From the NCBI RefSeq assembly GCF_018977255.1, contig NW_024704743.1:2482001-2546000 (forward strand): a stretch of DNA of 64,000 bases. Reading direction: 5' to 3'. Under the pieces are notes generated by a model. It did not search any database, had not been told where the DNA came from, and saw nothing but the letters and a program-made list of their open reading frames with translations. Positions 1-13,200 of this stretch are shown here, piece after piece. Source of the stretch: Callorhinchus milii (lineage: Eukaryota). Made by a program: the position numbers and the translations under genes. Each line of letters begins with the position of its first letter. The stretch's first letter is position 1.

Positions 1-1202
1 CTTACTGATTTTAGTCCTAGGTTAAACACTGATTCGCAAACATTTATTTTCACATCAATGAACTACAAGAACTGCAAAGTGATAGCAACAACACAGATAT
101 GTACTCTTTTTCTCCAGCTCGCCTCTATTTTTCCCCCCTCCCTCAACTTTAAATACTCCACTGTTGAAGCACATTAATTGTGAATGTCCTGGTGGAAATA
201 AAATCTTCCCCTTTACCAGACTGTGCCAAGCGAAGCATAAACCATTAATTATGCTTTTATTACTTTGGGAATCCAGGAGTTTGGGAAAAAATATCTTCCA
301 TCATTAACTGCATCAACAATTATTAAAAAAAAGGATTTAGGTGACTTTTTAACTTGGACAGAAAAGTATTTCAAAGACGTGAGACACATTAACGAACATC
401 ATCTAATCAGTTTAATTGATAAGAGATCTCTCGATATTAATTTAATTATTACTCAGGATCATCTGCCTTTCTTTCCCTTTCACCTTTGTATTACCAGAGG
501 CTCCTGCGACATGCAGCTGGAAATGTGTTTTCCCAGAGGGTCACATTATCAAATTATTTTGAAGTCTTCGTAGGTTTCTGTGCATTGAAGTACTCTGTTT
601 AAAAACTTGACTGCCGTGTTTTACCCACACAATAAACTCAATTCACTTTACAATATATTCTGTGAAGCGCTTTTAGACATCTCAGATGTGATATCAAATG
701 CAAGATTTATTATTGTTGTATTATTGATTGGCAAAACATTGTGTGGAAATTTAAGGATCTTTCTAACATCTACAAGACAACTTCTGCATTTTATTCCAAG
801 TTCTTAAGTTTACATGTAAAAATGTAGTAAGATTAGAGATATTGAGCTTGCAACTATTCGTTTCCATAAAATGTGCATTCCTGCAGCACCATAAAATAGC
901 TTCAACCACAGCTATGGTGCAGTGGGTACATCTCTGCTCTTGCCCAGTTGAAAATATAATGTAGTAGTTTGGAAGGTGAGGGAAGCAAGATTTTAAACTG
1001 TAAGTGGACAAACAAGTGTATTTAAATAATAATTATCCTTGCATTTGATATAACTCCTTATGGCGCCTTTGATACATCTCAAAGCTCTTTACAGAATACA
1101 CTGTGAAGTGAAGTGAACTGACTGTATATTTTGTGAGCGAAGCGTGGCAGCCAATTGCATACAGAGGCATCCCCACAAACAGTCGTGGATTGAAATACGT
1201 AC

Positions 1203-1242
1203 GAAATTCTGTTCACGATGGCATCTTCATCTTCATGATCAT
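1203..1242 (-). CDS. LMBR1: LMBR1 exon 3 (40 nt)
   Basis: ctttgcag acceptor; (D)DHEDEDAIVNRI(S); GTACGT donor; phase compatible with exon 2. Confidence 0.95.
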
Positions 1243-4200
1243 CTGCAAAGGAAGAAAACAAAAGTCACTAAAATGCATCCGAACTGGACCACAAGCGGAT
1301 TGTGCACATTGATTATATCTGCATGAAGTGAGCAATTACAGGAAAACCCAGAACGTGTCCTGAACCACGACGGCGTGTTCTCAAGTACAGAACGTGACAG
1401 TCGAGCAGTGGACAACACAAGAGCAGCCGGGCAGCTTTCTGCAGACATGGACACTGACATTACTGGATGTGATAAAAAGGCAAGCCTGTGAGCAACAGCC
1501 TTTCCTGTTTTACAGCAATAAATTGTGACGGCTTTTAAATAAAATTCATGTCCAGTAATTGCAACATGCAACATGAATGTGAAATTGAACCCATTCTCTT
1601 TTGTTACTTGGACATCTTTTGCCTCAGTTAGATGTGCAGTTTTAACTTTGACATTCAATTTGTTATACATCTGCCTATTTGGATGCTCCTGTCACATTGA
1701 TGTTTTACATGAAAAACTAGTTGAGAGGCAGAAACTATATTGCACTGCAGTGTCGCTGTTCCTTGTTCTGTCCTGCACCAACGCCTTGAAAATTGATGGC
1801 ATGTCACAGCTCCATTGGAAATGAAATCTAATATAATAAAATTATGAGGCTGCTGATAAAGTTAAACGGTTATAAATTTAATAATAAAACATTGTTAAGT
1901 ACATCATTAAATATATAGTTGCCAGACTTTTTTTATTTTTAACCTATTGAGGTATTTCGAGACTTTGAGGACAGATCTAAGAGGAAAGGTTGCCTGTTCT
2001 TGAATGAACAGAGAAGACTGGTAAAAAATGACCACAATATGATTGAATTGTGATAAGAGAAACAGAGACTCTCACAACTTTAGGGGTAAATATTAAGGGA
2101 ATGTAAAAGGGAGACTGGATTGGATTGTTAAAAGGGAGGATTCCAGAAGAAATATGGAATTTTTTTTTTTAAAAATCACAACTTTGAAATCAAAGGCTGT
2201 GCCACGAGGAATCCACCAGAGAAAAAAATAATCTGGGCGACAAGGTAGTGAGTAAGAACAAAAGAGAATTTCTAGGATAAGTGAGATTTTGAGAATACAT
2301 TTTTTCAAATCAACAGATGACTGAGTAGCTAAAGACATTAAAGACTGGTGGATTGCTTTTCCAGGGGTAATAATTCCTTCAAAAAAATAATAATTTGGTC
2401 ACTCTATTTCTGTCTTCAAGACGTTTCAAAGCACTTTACAGAATATACTCTGAAGTGAATTGACTGTATATTTTGTGGGTGAAACACGGCAGCTAATTAA
2501 GCACAGCAGCATCCCCACAAACAGGCCGACCGGATTAAAACGATCAGTGGGTAAAAAGTGCCGACGTGCACTGATAAGCCTCAAGTGTGAAACGTTGCAA
2601 CCCTTCCCCAAATTCACTCGTTGCCTTTTTGAAATAAAACAGTGTGGTGACTCAACATGGGCGCAATGGGAGTCTCATAATTGTCAGCAAACCTTCCTTC
2701 CATAGAACTGTATATACTTAACAAGATTTATATACATTTGTCACTGCTGCTGTACACTGTGCTAATGCTTTATTTAATTACCAAACTTGAATCTTTGACT
2801 TAGCTGATTAATGTACGTGTCTCTCATGTAATTATATTTGCCTTTTTTAGTACCGAAAAGTATTTCTTCACATGTCTGAGCTCTAAGTGAGATTACTAAT
2901 TCTGTGGCAATTAGTGTCAAAGTATGGCCATTTTTTGTGAAGTGGAATCACTTCTGTGAGTACTATTACCAGGGTGGAGATTGCTAAATGCATTCGATTT
3001 ACACCTAATCATTCCAGGTAGATTGAATTCTAAGGTGAAAGAACATTCTTATAAAACAGTAATCTGAATTGTATCAACCCATACCAGTGAATGCAATGCC
3101 CAATGCCAATTTAGCACATTATTCGTATTATTAATAAAAATACTTTCAGTTATTACTTGGAAACCTAGTAAAGGGGGTTCTTTTTGAAACTTGCTGTATA
3201 CTTCTGAAGCATTAAGCTTCATTGTGACAAAGAAAACAGTCGGAGATTCAGCAGATTTTTACATGAATTAGCTACTAAAACTATATGCATTTCCTGCATA
3301 GATTTTCCTTTCATGCTACAAATTAATAAACAAAGCTTTCACAGAAGAACAACAGATAAATAAATGTTACTTGGGAGGAAAAACTAAGCGCATTTTTTAC
3401 AAGTGTAAAATTTAAGGAAAGTTAATACTTGGATGGTCCATGAATGGAAATAATTTATAAAACATTTTTTAATTATACCAGAAAACAAAAACATCCCTAA
3501 AGTGAATCAAACTATTCCTTCAGGATGCAAGAATGAACTGAAATGGAAGAGTGAAGTTACCAAGGGAAGCTATAGAGGAACAAGCTTGTTATGCGTTCCG
3601 CAGTTTGCAGCCTTGTGTGCAATTCATTATAACCCCTTGGGCAACCAATATAGTTTTGACAAGAGACATTACCAAATTAAGGAGAGAATAAACTGGGCAT
3701 CATTAACAATAAGGGCACAGAACTATATAGACAATATTTATTCTTCAAAATCATTTTCAAAGAAATGTTATTGGCAGGATTCCAAATGCAGGTTAAAACT
3801 AATTACATTATACGGAAATGTCATTTTTCTGTATCATGCTTCATTTCATAAGAAAAAAAGAACCACAATTCAAATTAAAGGTGATTTCTATAGTTTTTTT
3901 GTGATTATTGATCTAATAGACATTTGTTTGGTTAGATGCAGCACTAATTATAAAATAACTAGATAAGCGAGATTGAGTATATAAACTTAGCCTCTGGAGA
4001 GTAAAGTAAATTAGGTTTTCTTTGGGCTGAGTTTGCCTCTTCACTATTTGCAAAACACTTTAATATATCATGTGTGCTTATAATAATACGTGCAATTTGA
4101 TATAGCACATTATCACATCGTCGAGACGTGTCAAAGTGATTCACAGAATATATTATAAAGTGGATGGACTGTATATTTTGTGGGCAAAACGCAGCAGCCA

Positions 4201-7200
4201 ACTGCGTACAGCAGCGTCCCACAAACAGTTTTGGATTGAATGACTTTTTTTTGGTAAGATCATTACCCTGGAAAGCGATCCGCCAAATGACAAACAACCG
4301 TGTTCCTACTTACTCCCAAGGTAAACAGCGGCATTTGGAGTAATGAAACTTGCCTAAAGTTTTGTACCATCCGGGAATCAAACCCAGGTCCTCACTTGCT
4401 TCCTTAGCCTCCTTCAAGTCCCACCTCAAAACCCTCCTCTTCGACCATACCATCAGCCACCCCTCCTCCCCTCCCCTCTCCCCCCCCGACCCCAGCTCGG
4501 GTCTGAAATGCTGTCACTGTCCAGCGCCTTGGGACATCCTACTGACGTGAAAGGCGCTATACAAATGTAATCTTGTTGTTGTTGCGAGGCGAGCGGGCTA
4601 ACCACTAAACTTGCTCCAGGACTTGCTTTGCATAACATAAGGGAGCGTTTATATCTATTTGCCGAGTAGTGGTACTGCTTACAATCAGCCGTGGATTACT
4701 TCAAAGCAGTTCCAGCCGGAGCTTAGCAGATGGCTCAGAAACAGACCACTCAGCCCATCTCGTCTGGCTGGTGTTCAGACTCCACACGAGTGTCTGTCCC
4801 AGATCTTATTCCGATTCCCTTTTCTCCCATACGCCTCAACTTCATTCTCCCTTAACCTCGTGTACAGTCTTTTTTTGGAATGTTGTCACGCATGTTCGGT
4901 GAAACAATGCCTAAAGGTGACTGACAACCTAAACTGATGAGCAAAAGAATGAGTATTGTGCTTCTGCCTCTTCCCTCCCTCTTTTCTGAAGAAGCACCAC
5001 ATCCCGGTGTATAGCTCCATACACGAATCTCTTGGGGCAATGCCAAATACCCTACCACGTGTCAATCCAATGTCTAATGGCCATTTCTTGCATATGGATA
5101 TCAGCGGATTTTTTGGCTGAAGGACATCACAGCCAAGAAGACTGCTTAATATATTCTTTCTTAGGCAGGCACACTGCCAATTATAGAGCCCTCATTGTTG
5201 GCCTCGCTGAGATCATATACCTCAGGAGAAATCTGGAACCTTGTGCATGACTCACTTTCATAATTGTCAATTTCAATCAACTGAAAAATCAAGAGAAATG
5301 TGCAAAAGGATTTTGACGTGGATAAACACAGAGTGATAGATTATTGGGATGAGAAACGACAAACCAATGACAAAAGTCCATCAGAAGAGGCAGAAGAAGA
5401 AAAGGATTCGGGTGATCATTCATTTGGAAACATACAATCAATGAAAAGCTGTTGTCAAACAACCTGTTGGTATTTAGAACAGTGATTGATGCACTGAAAA
5501 CCTCTGAGAACAAATAAGCACGAATCCAGGATTTGAATTCCAGGAAGAAGTTCACAAAATGCAGGTTTGTTTAAATTGGAGATCAGATTGAAAGTGTACA
5601 TCATTCAAGTCCAAGTATGTTGTGTGTAAGCAAATTTACTTCACAACTTCAAAGCAGTAGGTATAAAGTCAAGACTTAGTACATGCAATTGGCTGCCGCA
5701 TTTCATCCACAAAATATAGTCAATTCACTTTACATTATATTCTGTGAAGCGCTTTGGGACGTCCTCCCGACGTGAAAAGCGCTATATCAAATGCAAGGAT
5801 TATTATTATTATTATTATTCTGTGAAGCGCTTTGAGACGCATCTACTTAGGGGTTTTAAAACAATGTCAATGATACTTAAACAAAAGACAAAATACTGCA
5901 GAAATTGATGCTTACTCATTTTGTAAAAGGCTTAGTATTATTGCAATGCTCCACTGAAGTTAAACATTGATTTTATTCTGCTTGCCATGCCTCAGTAGTA
6001 TGTTATTACCATATAGAGTTTAGTTTAAATAACTATGCAAAACACGCTTGGCTTCTGACTTCACACAGACCCTTCTGTCATGGCAATCCATAAGATTGCC
6101 TGGCAGATTTGTGATATTAATATGCAAGTTTTCACGGAGCAAAGGGTAATAATAATCCTTGCATTTGAGACGTCTTAAAGCGCTTCATAGAGTATGCTGT
6201 CAAGTGAATTGAATGTAAATTTTGTGGGCGAATCAGGCAGCCAATTGCACACGGCAGTGACCCACATACACTCATGGATTGAGGTGACCAATTTTTTTTT
6301 GAGGAATTATTTTCCCGGAAAAGTGATCCGCCAATCAACTAATAACCGAGTTCCTGCTTACTGCTCGGTAAAGAGCTGCGTGTGGAGTAAGGAAACTTGC
6401 CCAACATTTCGGCCTGCTGGGAATCGAATCTCGGTTTCTCACTTGCAAGGCGAGTGCTCTAACCACTGAGCTACTAGACTCCACAGTCCTGCAAGTTGCG
6501 ATATTGCAAGTTGATAAACTGATCTCAACTGCAGAAAACTCCTCCCTCCATGGGCTCAGCAACTTATCTGGAGTGGCTGAAGAGCAATAGGTCCTCCCAA
6601 GCCACAAGGAGCGCTAGCAGAGGTTGGGCGCACATGCTCAGATGCATAAACCACTGGTCTATGGAGGTCCATCATAGGCTCCCGCCCTACCCATTTGCAG
6701 AGGCCTCACGTACCCAATCCTGTTACATTAATAGTATGTGCAGCACTTACAGATAACCAAAAACCTTGCATTCCAACTTCAACCGGACCCTTCCCAATAG
6801 ACCAGAGGCCTCGGCAATGCATCTGAGCATGTGACCCAACCTCCACCGAGCACCCGCGCCAGTCACAGGATAGGGTGAGAGGCCTCTGCCAAGCAAGGCG
6901 CCCCCTTATAGGACTAGTTAGTTATCAGATCAATTGCACACCGTAAGTACTGGGTCTTAAAAATAATTTCTAGAACATAACGAGTTCCGTATTAAGTGGA
7001 ATGAAGGGTAAAGCGAGTTCCCCCGTTACCATTTTACACGGGGAGCTGCTAGGATAGTCAGTTGAGTTAAGTAAAGCCAGAATCTTACGCAGTTTCCTGT
7101 ACGTGTGACAAGGTTTAAAATGCAGATAATAAGTATCTGTAATTACCAATTTCTGCCAATGAGTGGCTCCACAGCAACACCTACAGGTGGAAACTGGGTA

Positions 7201-10200
7201 CTGCAGCCAACAACCCAACAGTCAACACTTGCATTGACCACTCACTGACTCACTGACTCACTGACTGGACTGAAGTCTGGTCAACTGTTGCCTATAACGT
7301 GTATTTGTAAACATTCCAGTCATGCAATTTTATTTATGGAGTAAGTTATCAACTTATAAGGTATTCACAAGAGGAGCAAAAGGAGAGCTTAGGCAAATAT
7401 TTTCACTCAGTTGTTGGGCTACCATTGCCTCGTGTATAGATAGTATATATATCTATTTATAGATTGTATATATATATATAGTATAGTATAGATGTGACAA
7501 AAGGGCACAGTTTCAATGTCTAAAGACACTTCAGTTGTAAATGTTCCTGTTGCAACTTCAGCAATCATCGTCCCAAATTTTTCCATGAACCTTTATAACC
7601 TTGCCATTTTAAGAAAGCAATTTCTGTATCCCGTGACAATGCAGGTGTGTGCTAATGAACAGCATTACTAACCTGTTTTTCTCTTGTATCTGGTGATAAT
7701 GAAGTAGGAAACTGTATAAAGAACAGCAAACAAAAGGAAACAAATCTGAAAAAGGAGAAAACAGAACTGCATTAAATAACCATTTTCTCAAGCAGTTACC
7801 GGCAATTCCTTTGTGCGAAACGTCAGAGTTCAAAATGATCGAAATGTTAATGCTCCAAATTAAATCAACGACAACTTGCTGATTTATATGTACAATTTAT
7901 ATAATGCCCTTCACGCCGGACGGCATCTCGCAGCTCATAACAGTGGCAGAGCCCAATTCCAACCCAGGGGGAGGGGGAAAGTGACCGTAGGCACGGTCGA
8001 AGAGGAAGGTCTTCAAGTGCGACCTGAAAATGGGGAGAGGGATTGAGGGAGGGAGATTTCCACGCTTCGAGGTGAAGTGATTGAAAGCATGGCTGCCGAT
8101 ATCTGGGTGGAGGGTCCTTGGGGACAAGGAAGAGACCAGAGCCAGTCGAGCAGAGGCAATGGGTAGTGGTATAGGAAGAGAGGTTGGAGAGATTGGGGTG
8201 GGGGAGAGGCCAGGCTGTGAAGGGATATAAATACAAGAGTGATTATCTTGAAATAGATGCGCTCTGTGACAGGGAGCCAATTGCATTTGTAATGGAGGTA
8301 CCGCAGTCTATGTCAACATTTTACAATATATTCTATGAAGTGCTTTGGGTCGTCTCAACGACATGATCAAGCGCTCCCCCCAGCATTGTGCCGGAGTATC
8401 GCCATGGACTGTGGACTCAGAGGCAACTGAGTCATTTCTAATTTTTTGAGATGTCTCAACGACATGATGCGGTGCTGTATCAAATGTTAAGATATTATTA
8501 TTTGCCACACAGCATTGGCATTAACTACCGCCCACATCAGGCCCCAGTTAATGCATAAGAAGTTCAGCCATTGTTTTATTAGTGACGGTCATTAACACAT
8601 CCCTTTAATAAGTCTACGGTATCTCATGTGGTGTTTAAACCAGTCTTAAGAAACTGCGAACAAAAACACATTTTTGTTTTTCCAACATGTACTGAGGCTT
8701 TTATTCACTGTTAACAAATCAACATAGTATGAGGAGGAGTGGAGATGAGCATCCCACGGACAAGATGGCGGGGGAAAGGGGGGGCACCGTGTGACGATGA
8801 GCCAGGACTTGTTGTGTAGGGTTCATTCATTGCAGTCTAGACTCTGCTCTTAATCCCTCAGTATCGCAGAGCATGCATAGGGGAGAGGAAGCCTAGTGGC
8901 TGCCTACGTCTCACCCCACGCTTTCGGCGGTGATGGTGGTGACGATGTCCTCTCCTCTTTACAGATTTCCGTCCCCTTCCAGATCTCTTCTTGGAGTAAC
9001 GAGCCCTCGCCATGATTGAGATTCAACCGTGTTTCTGACTGCTGGTGGCCTGGTAGGACAGCCTTTTTATACTGTTGTGTGGCCTCCACACTCCCATTGT
9101 GGGCCATTGTACTTCACTCAGTCACGACCTTATAAGGTGCCGATCCCTAACTACATCCCTAACTACATCACACCTGACATCACAAACCAGATTTCTAGCT
9201 GTTTCGCTGCCCACATCAGTAACCACATCAGTAATAATAATAATAATAATCCTTGCATTTGATACAGCGCCTTATCACGTCTTCAAGACGTCTCAAAGTG
9301 CTTCTGCAAAGTGAATTGGCTCTATTTTGTGGGCAAAACGCTGCAGCCAAATGCATACATAGTGTCCCATTAACAGTCGTGGATTGAGAGACCAAAAATA
9401 TTATTTATTTTATTGAAGGGAGACCTGGGAGAATCTGATCGTCTTGGGTTACCAGGAACCAGGGAGGAGTGGGGTAGATTGGATGTGGGGAATATGATTG
9501 GATGTGTAGAAAAGCTATGGACAAGAGATTAAAAAGATAACTTGCTGCCATGATCTAACAAATTAGACTAGGCAAATGCTCTTTATCAACAACTAGGCAT
9601 CTCTGTGTAAATAAAACCACTGACGGTAGCTTGCATAGTGGGCATGTGGATGTCAGGTGGAGCACACAATCGAGGAGCTGGCCGGAGGACTTTACCCATG
9701 GTAAAGAGTTAATAGCTCGGAACTAGACAATTAGTAGATTTTAAAAAAAGGAAGGTTTTAATAAGAAATACGCTCTGGTGAACAATTGCCTAAGGTGATG
9801 AGAATAACTGGTTCACAGCTTAGTTTGTACACTGTCCATCCAATCCGACTTAACTAACTTTCGGAGTGAAATCAGGAAACATTTTTTCACTCAAAGGGTA
9901 GTGGAAATCTGGAACTCTCTCTCCCAAATGACTGTGGGAGCTGAGGTGGATAGATTGGAGTTGGAGTGCAGATAAGCCATGATCTAATAGAATGGCGGGA
10001 CAGGCTCGAGGGACTGAATGGCGGGACAGGCTCGAGGGACGGAATGGCGGGACAGGCTCGAGGGACTGAATGGCGGGACAGGCTCGAGGGACTGAATTGT
10101 CTACTCCTGCTCCTATGCATCTATGCATTATTGGTCACTGTTCACACAGTCAAAGGCCAATGTATATCATAAGCTGAACAGCAACATTGTCAGGGAATTA

Positions 10201-13200
10201 ATTCATACAAATAGCGCATCAGAATTCAATATCTAAATCAACCTGACAATCTGTTCAAGCAGCTTTCAGATTCTGTTGGCTGTGTTCTTTTTCGTTAAAA
10301 AATGTCATTATTTTAAAACTCATCAACCTAGCATTTAAATAGAGTTCTTGACATATTACTACAGATCCAGGTTTCATCAAAAGGTCAATTTGAATTTGTC
10401 AATGAAGCTATCTAGTGATAGATGGCGTTACCCTTTTAAAACCACCCGAAGATAGTACTGAGTGTTATAATAGGATGCATGTCAGGACAGAAATGTTAGG
10501 ACTCTTTTAATGCCTGTCAAAATGCAAATATGTTGTAATTGTGTGCATATATTACATTATTACACTTCACAGTTATGAAATTGAAGGTAAACTAAATATA
10601 AAATCAAGGACAACAGGTCAAACCGTATTCCAATTCGCGTTTAAAGTAGAATGTCAGCAATAAGATGCAAACGGCTGAGGTAAACCACAACAGCTGATAA
10701 GCGTAAGCAACCTTCTGCAGCCCCAGCAGTTTAGCAATCTCACAAGTTGCAAAATCTATATCTAGCTCTTCCCACGTAAGTGGCATCTTTGCTGAAGCTT
10801 ACGTGCCAACATCGTCTTAGCTGATGTCCCACTGAAATCGAAAGGCAATGGAATAGTTGAGTGGCAATGAATATGAGAAGTTTTTCCTCAGTCCCTGGAG
10901 GAACGAGAATAAAGCAGCATTCACATCTTTATGCATTGTGTGAGATTCACTTTATGCTAATAAATTAGGACACAGCTGTGCACAATTGGCTGCCGCGTTG
11001 CGCCCACAAAATAGTCAATTCACGTTACAGGATATTCTGTGAAGTGCCTTCAGACATCTCAAAAACTTGATAAGGCACTATATTAAATGCAAGAATTACT
11101 ATTGTTATAAACTAATTCAGTAATTGTATTTTCTTTGGCTAGGTGGGGTAGGGGAGAAGAAAGGTGTATTTTTCCCCACAGTACTCACACAGTTTTAGCT
11201 CTGGGACACTAACATGTGTGAGAGGGGGCCCTATATAAATGCAAGTTGTTGTTGCATGGATGTGAAAGATACCTTGACAATATATCATTTAGTTAATTGC
11301 CATTCAACTAGATACTGTCACAGTATCTTTCACATCCACTAGAACATGCAGACAGTCCTCAGCGTTTTACATCTTTTCTTAAAAAAAAATCGCCTCTGAC
11401 AATACAGTGCACCCCAACACAGTACTGGACCGACAGGATGGACAATAAGATCAAGTGCCAATATGCAGCTTGAATTCCTAACCTTCTGAACGACCTCGAG
11501 GCGCGAATTCCTCCAACTGAACTAAGTGGACATTGACATCAATGCCATCAAAACAACTGCTGATTTCTCCTACAGAAAAAAACCTGTGCTCGGAAAATAA
11601 TACTACCAGCGCCATGATCACTTCCCATTCTGTGGGCTTGCTGGGGCAAATTGGCTGCTGCAATTGCCCACACAGGACCCATTCCATTTCCGATTAACCT
11701 TACTCCAGAACAACACCCAGAAAAAATTGTTCACTCACTTCATGGCTGTAGGTGAGACACATCTATGCGCAAATTGGTTGTCGCATTTACCTGTAAAAAT
11801 ACAGTTACTACTTTACTGTAAAAATCTTTGAAGGACTTTGAGATTGACAATGTGATCAGGTGCTATATCAAATTCAATGTTTGATACAATAATAGTGTTT
11901 TGAGATGTTTATTTGACATAAAAGGGGTTATATTTCTGGAATGTACATATCAATTCTGCCCACAAAATATACAGTCAATTCACGTTACAGGATATTCTAT
12001 GAAGCGCCTTGAGACATCTCATAGACGTGATAAGCCACTATATCAAATGCAAGGATTATTATTATTATTATCTGGAGATCACTAGGAGAGAATGTGACCT
12101 TGGGAGAAAGGGAAACCTGACCCACTGCATCTAATTACACAGCTCCTTTAATCTCTCCACTTAATCAAATGCCGTTGCAATAGACACTTATGAATGCATC
12201 CTTTGAAGCAAAACCCACAACTCTGTGTGAATTATTATTTATTAATATATAACTAACATTCCACAAACTAAAATGGCTTCATCCTGGAATAGGAAAGTGG
12301 AACTGACTTTACTCATTGGGTCCACGTTGTGTTTTACCCCCTATTATATCTATGTCATTATAGTATCCAATAATCTCTGAAGTCAATAAAAAACCATGAT
12401 CAATACTGAGTTGCATTCATTGATTTTACTTCATTGAACCTAATCCTACCCTCACCAAATACCCAAGACTTTTATAACAGCAAATATGCAAGCACTTTCC
12501 ACTGGGATCACTGGACAGTGATCAAAAGCAGCAAATCTTGCTGTCCACTGATTTTACAACAACAACAAAATTATTTTTGTACGGCATCTTTCATTCAGGA
12601 GGACATCCCAAGTCAATGGACAGTAAGAGTTTTGGACCTGAGCTGGGGGTCAGGATTGGGGAGGGTAAAGGGAAGGGGGGAAGCAGAGTGATTGAAAGCA
12701 CAGTCGAAGAGGAGGGTCTTGAGATGGGTCTTGAAGTAGTCTTGAATTTTAGTGTTACTGTGGTAGCTGACATTGCGAGCCCAGTAAAGGAATAATCACT
12801 AAACAAGAGACATTTAACATAGCTCAGTTTCAAATCCTTTTTAGATTATTCCCAATATTTCTGCATGAAAGCGTTGGGATTAATGCAGAATGTCTCATAC
12901 AATTACTGTTCTGCAAGTCTATATCCCTGACCTGGATGAAGAGATTACTCCCTTGTTATATTAATCTGGTAATCAGTGAAGGCATTGAATAATGCCATCA
13001 CAGTAATATTGCTAACAAACCTGGGCATCTGCCTGAACAGCCCTGCGTACACTTACTGACCTGCATACGGACTCTGGGGGTTCAAGATTTCATGGAATCT
13101 TAATGCAAAGGAACTGCAATATACATTTATATTGTGTCGTTCACATCACAATGACATCTCAAAGTGGTTCACACAACTGACAAAGCTCAAGTTGTGTAAC

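Noticed and set aside
1..1202. ZRS limb enhancer or LMBR1 exon 4 in the window
   Set aside because: This is intron 3. I found no exon 4 sequence (LFLSTFTLAVS-like), and the ZRS lies in intron 5, off the left edge. The NYYII in ORF 763-1011 is a chance resemblance.
3502..3966. 154-aa plus-strand ORF in LMBR1 intron 2
   Set aside because: GTG start, AT-rich, no recognisable domain or splice context.
9990..10093. CRISPR-like array
   Set aside because: Units are contiguous with no unique spacers, lie in a CR1 tail and are in a vertebrate genome.
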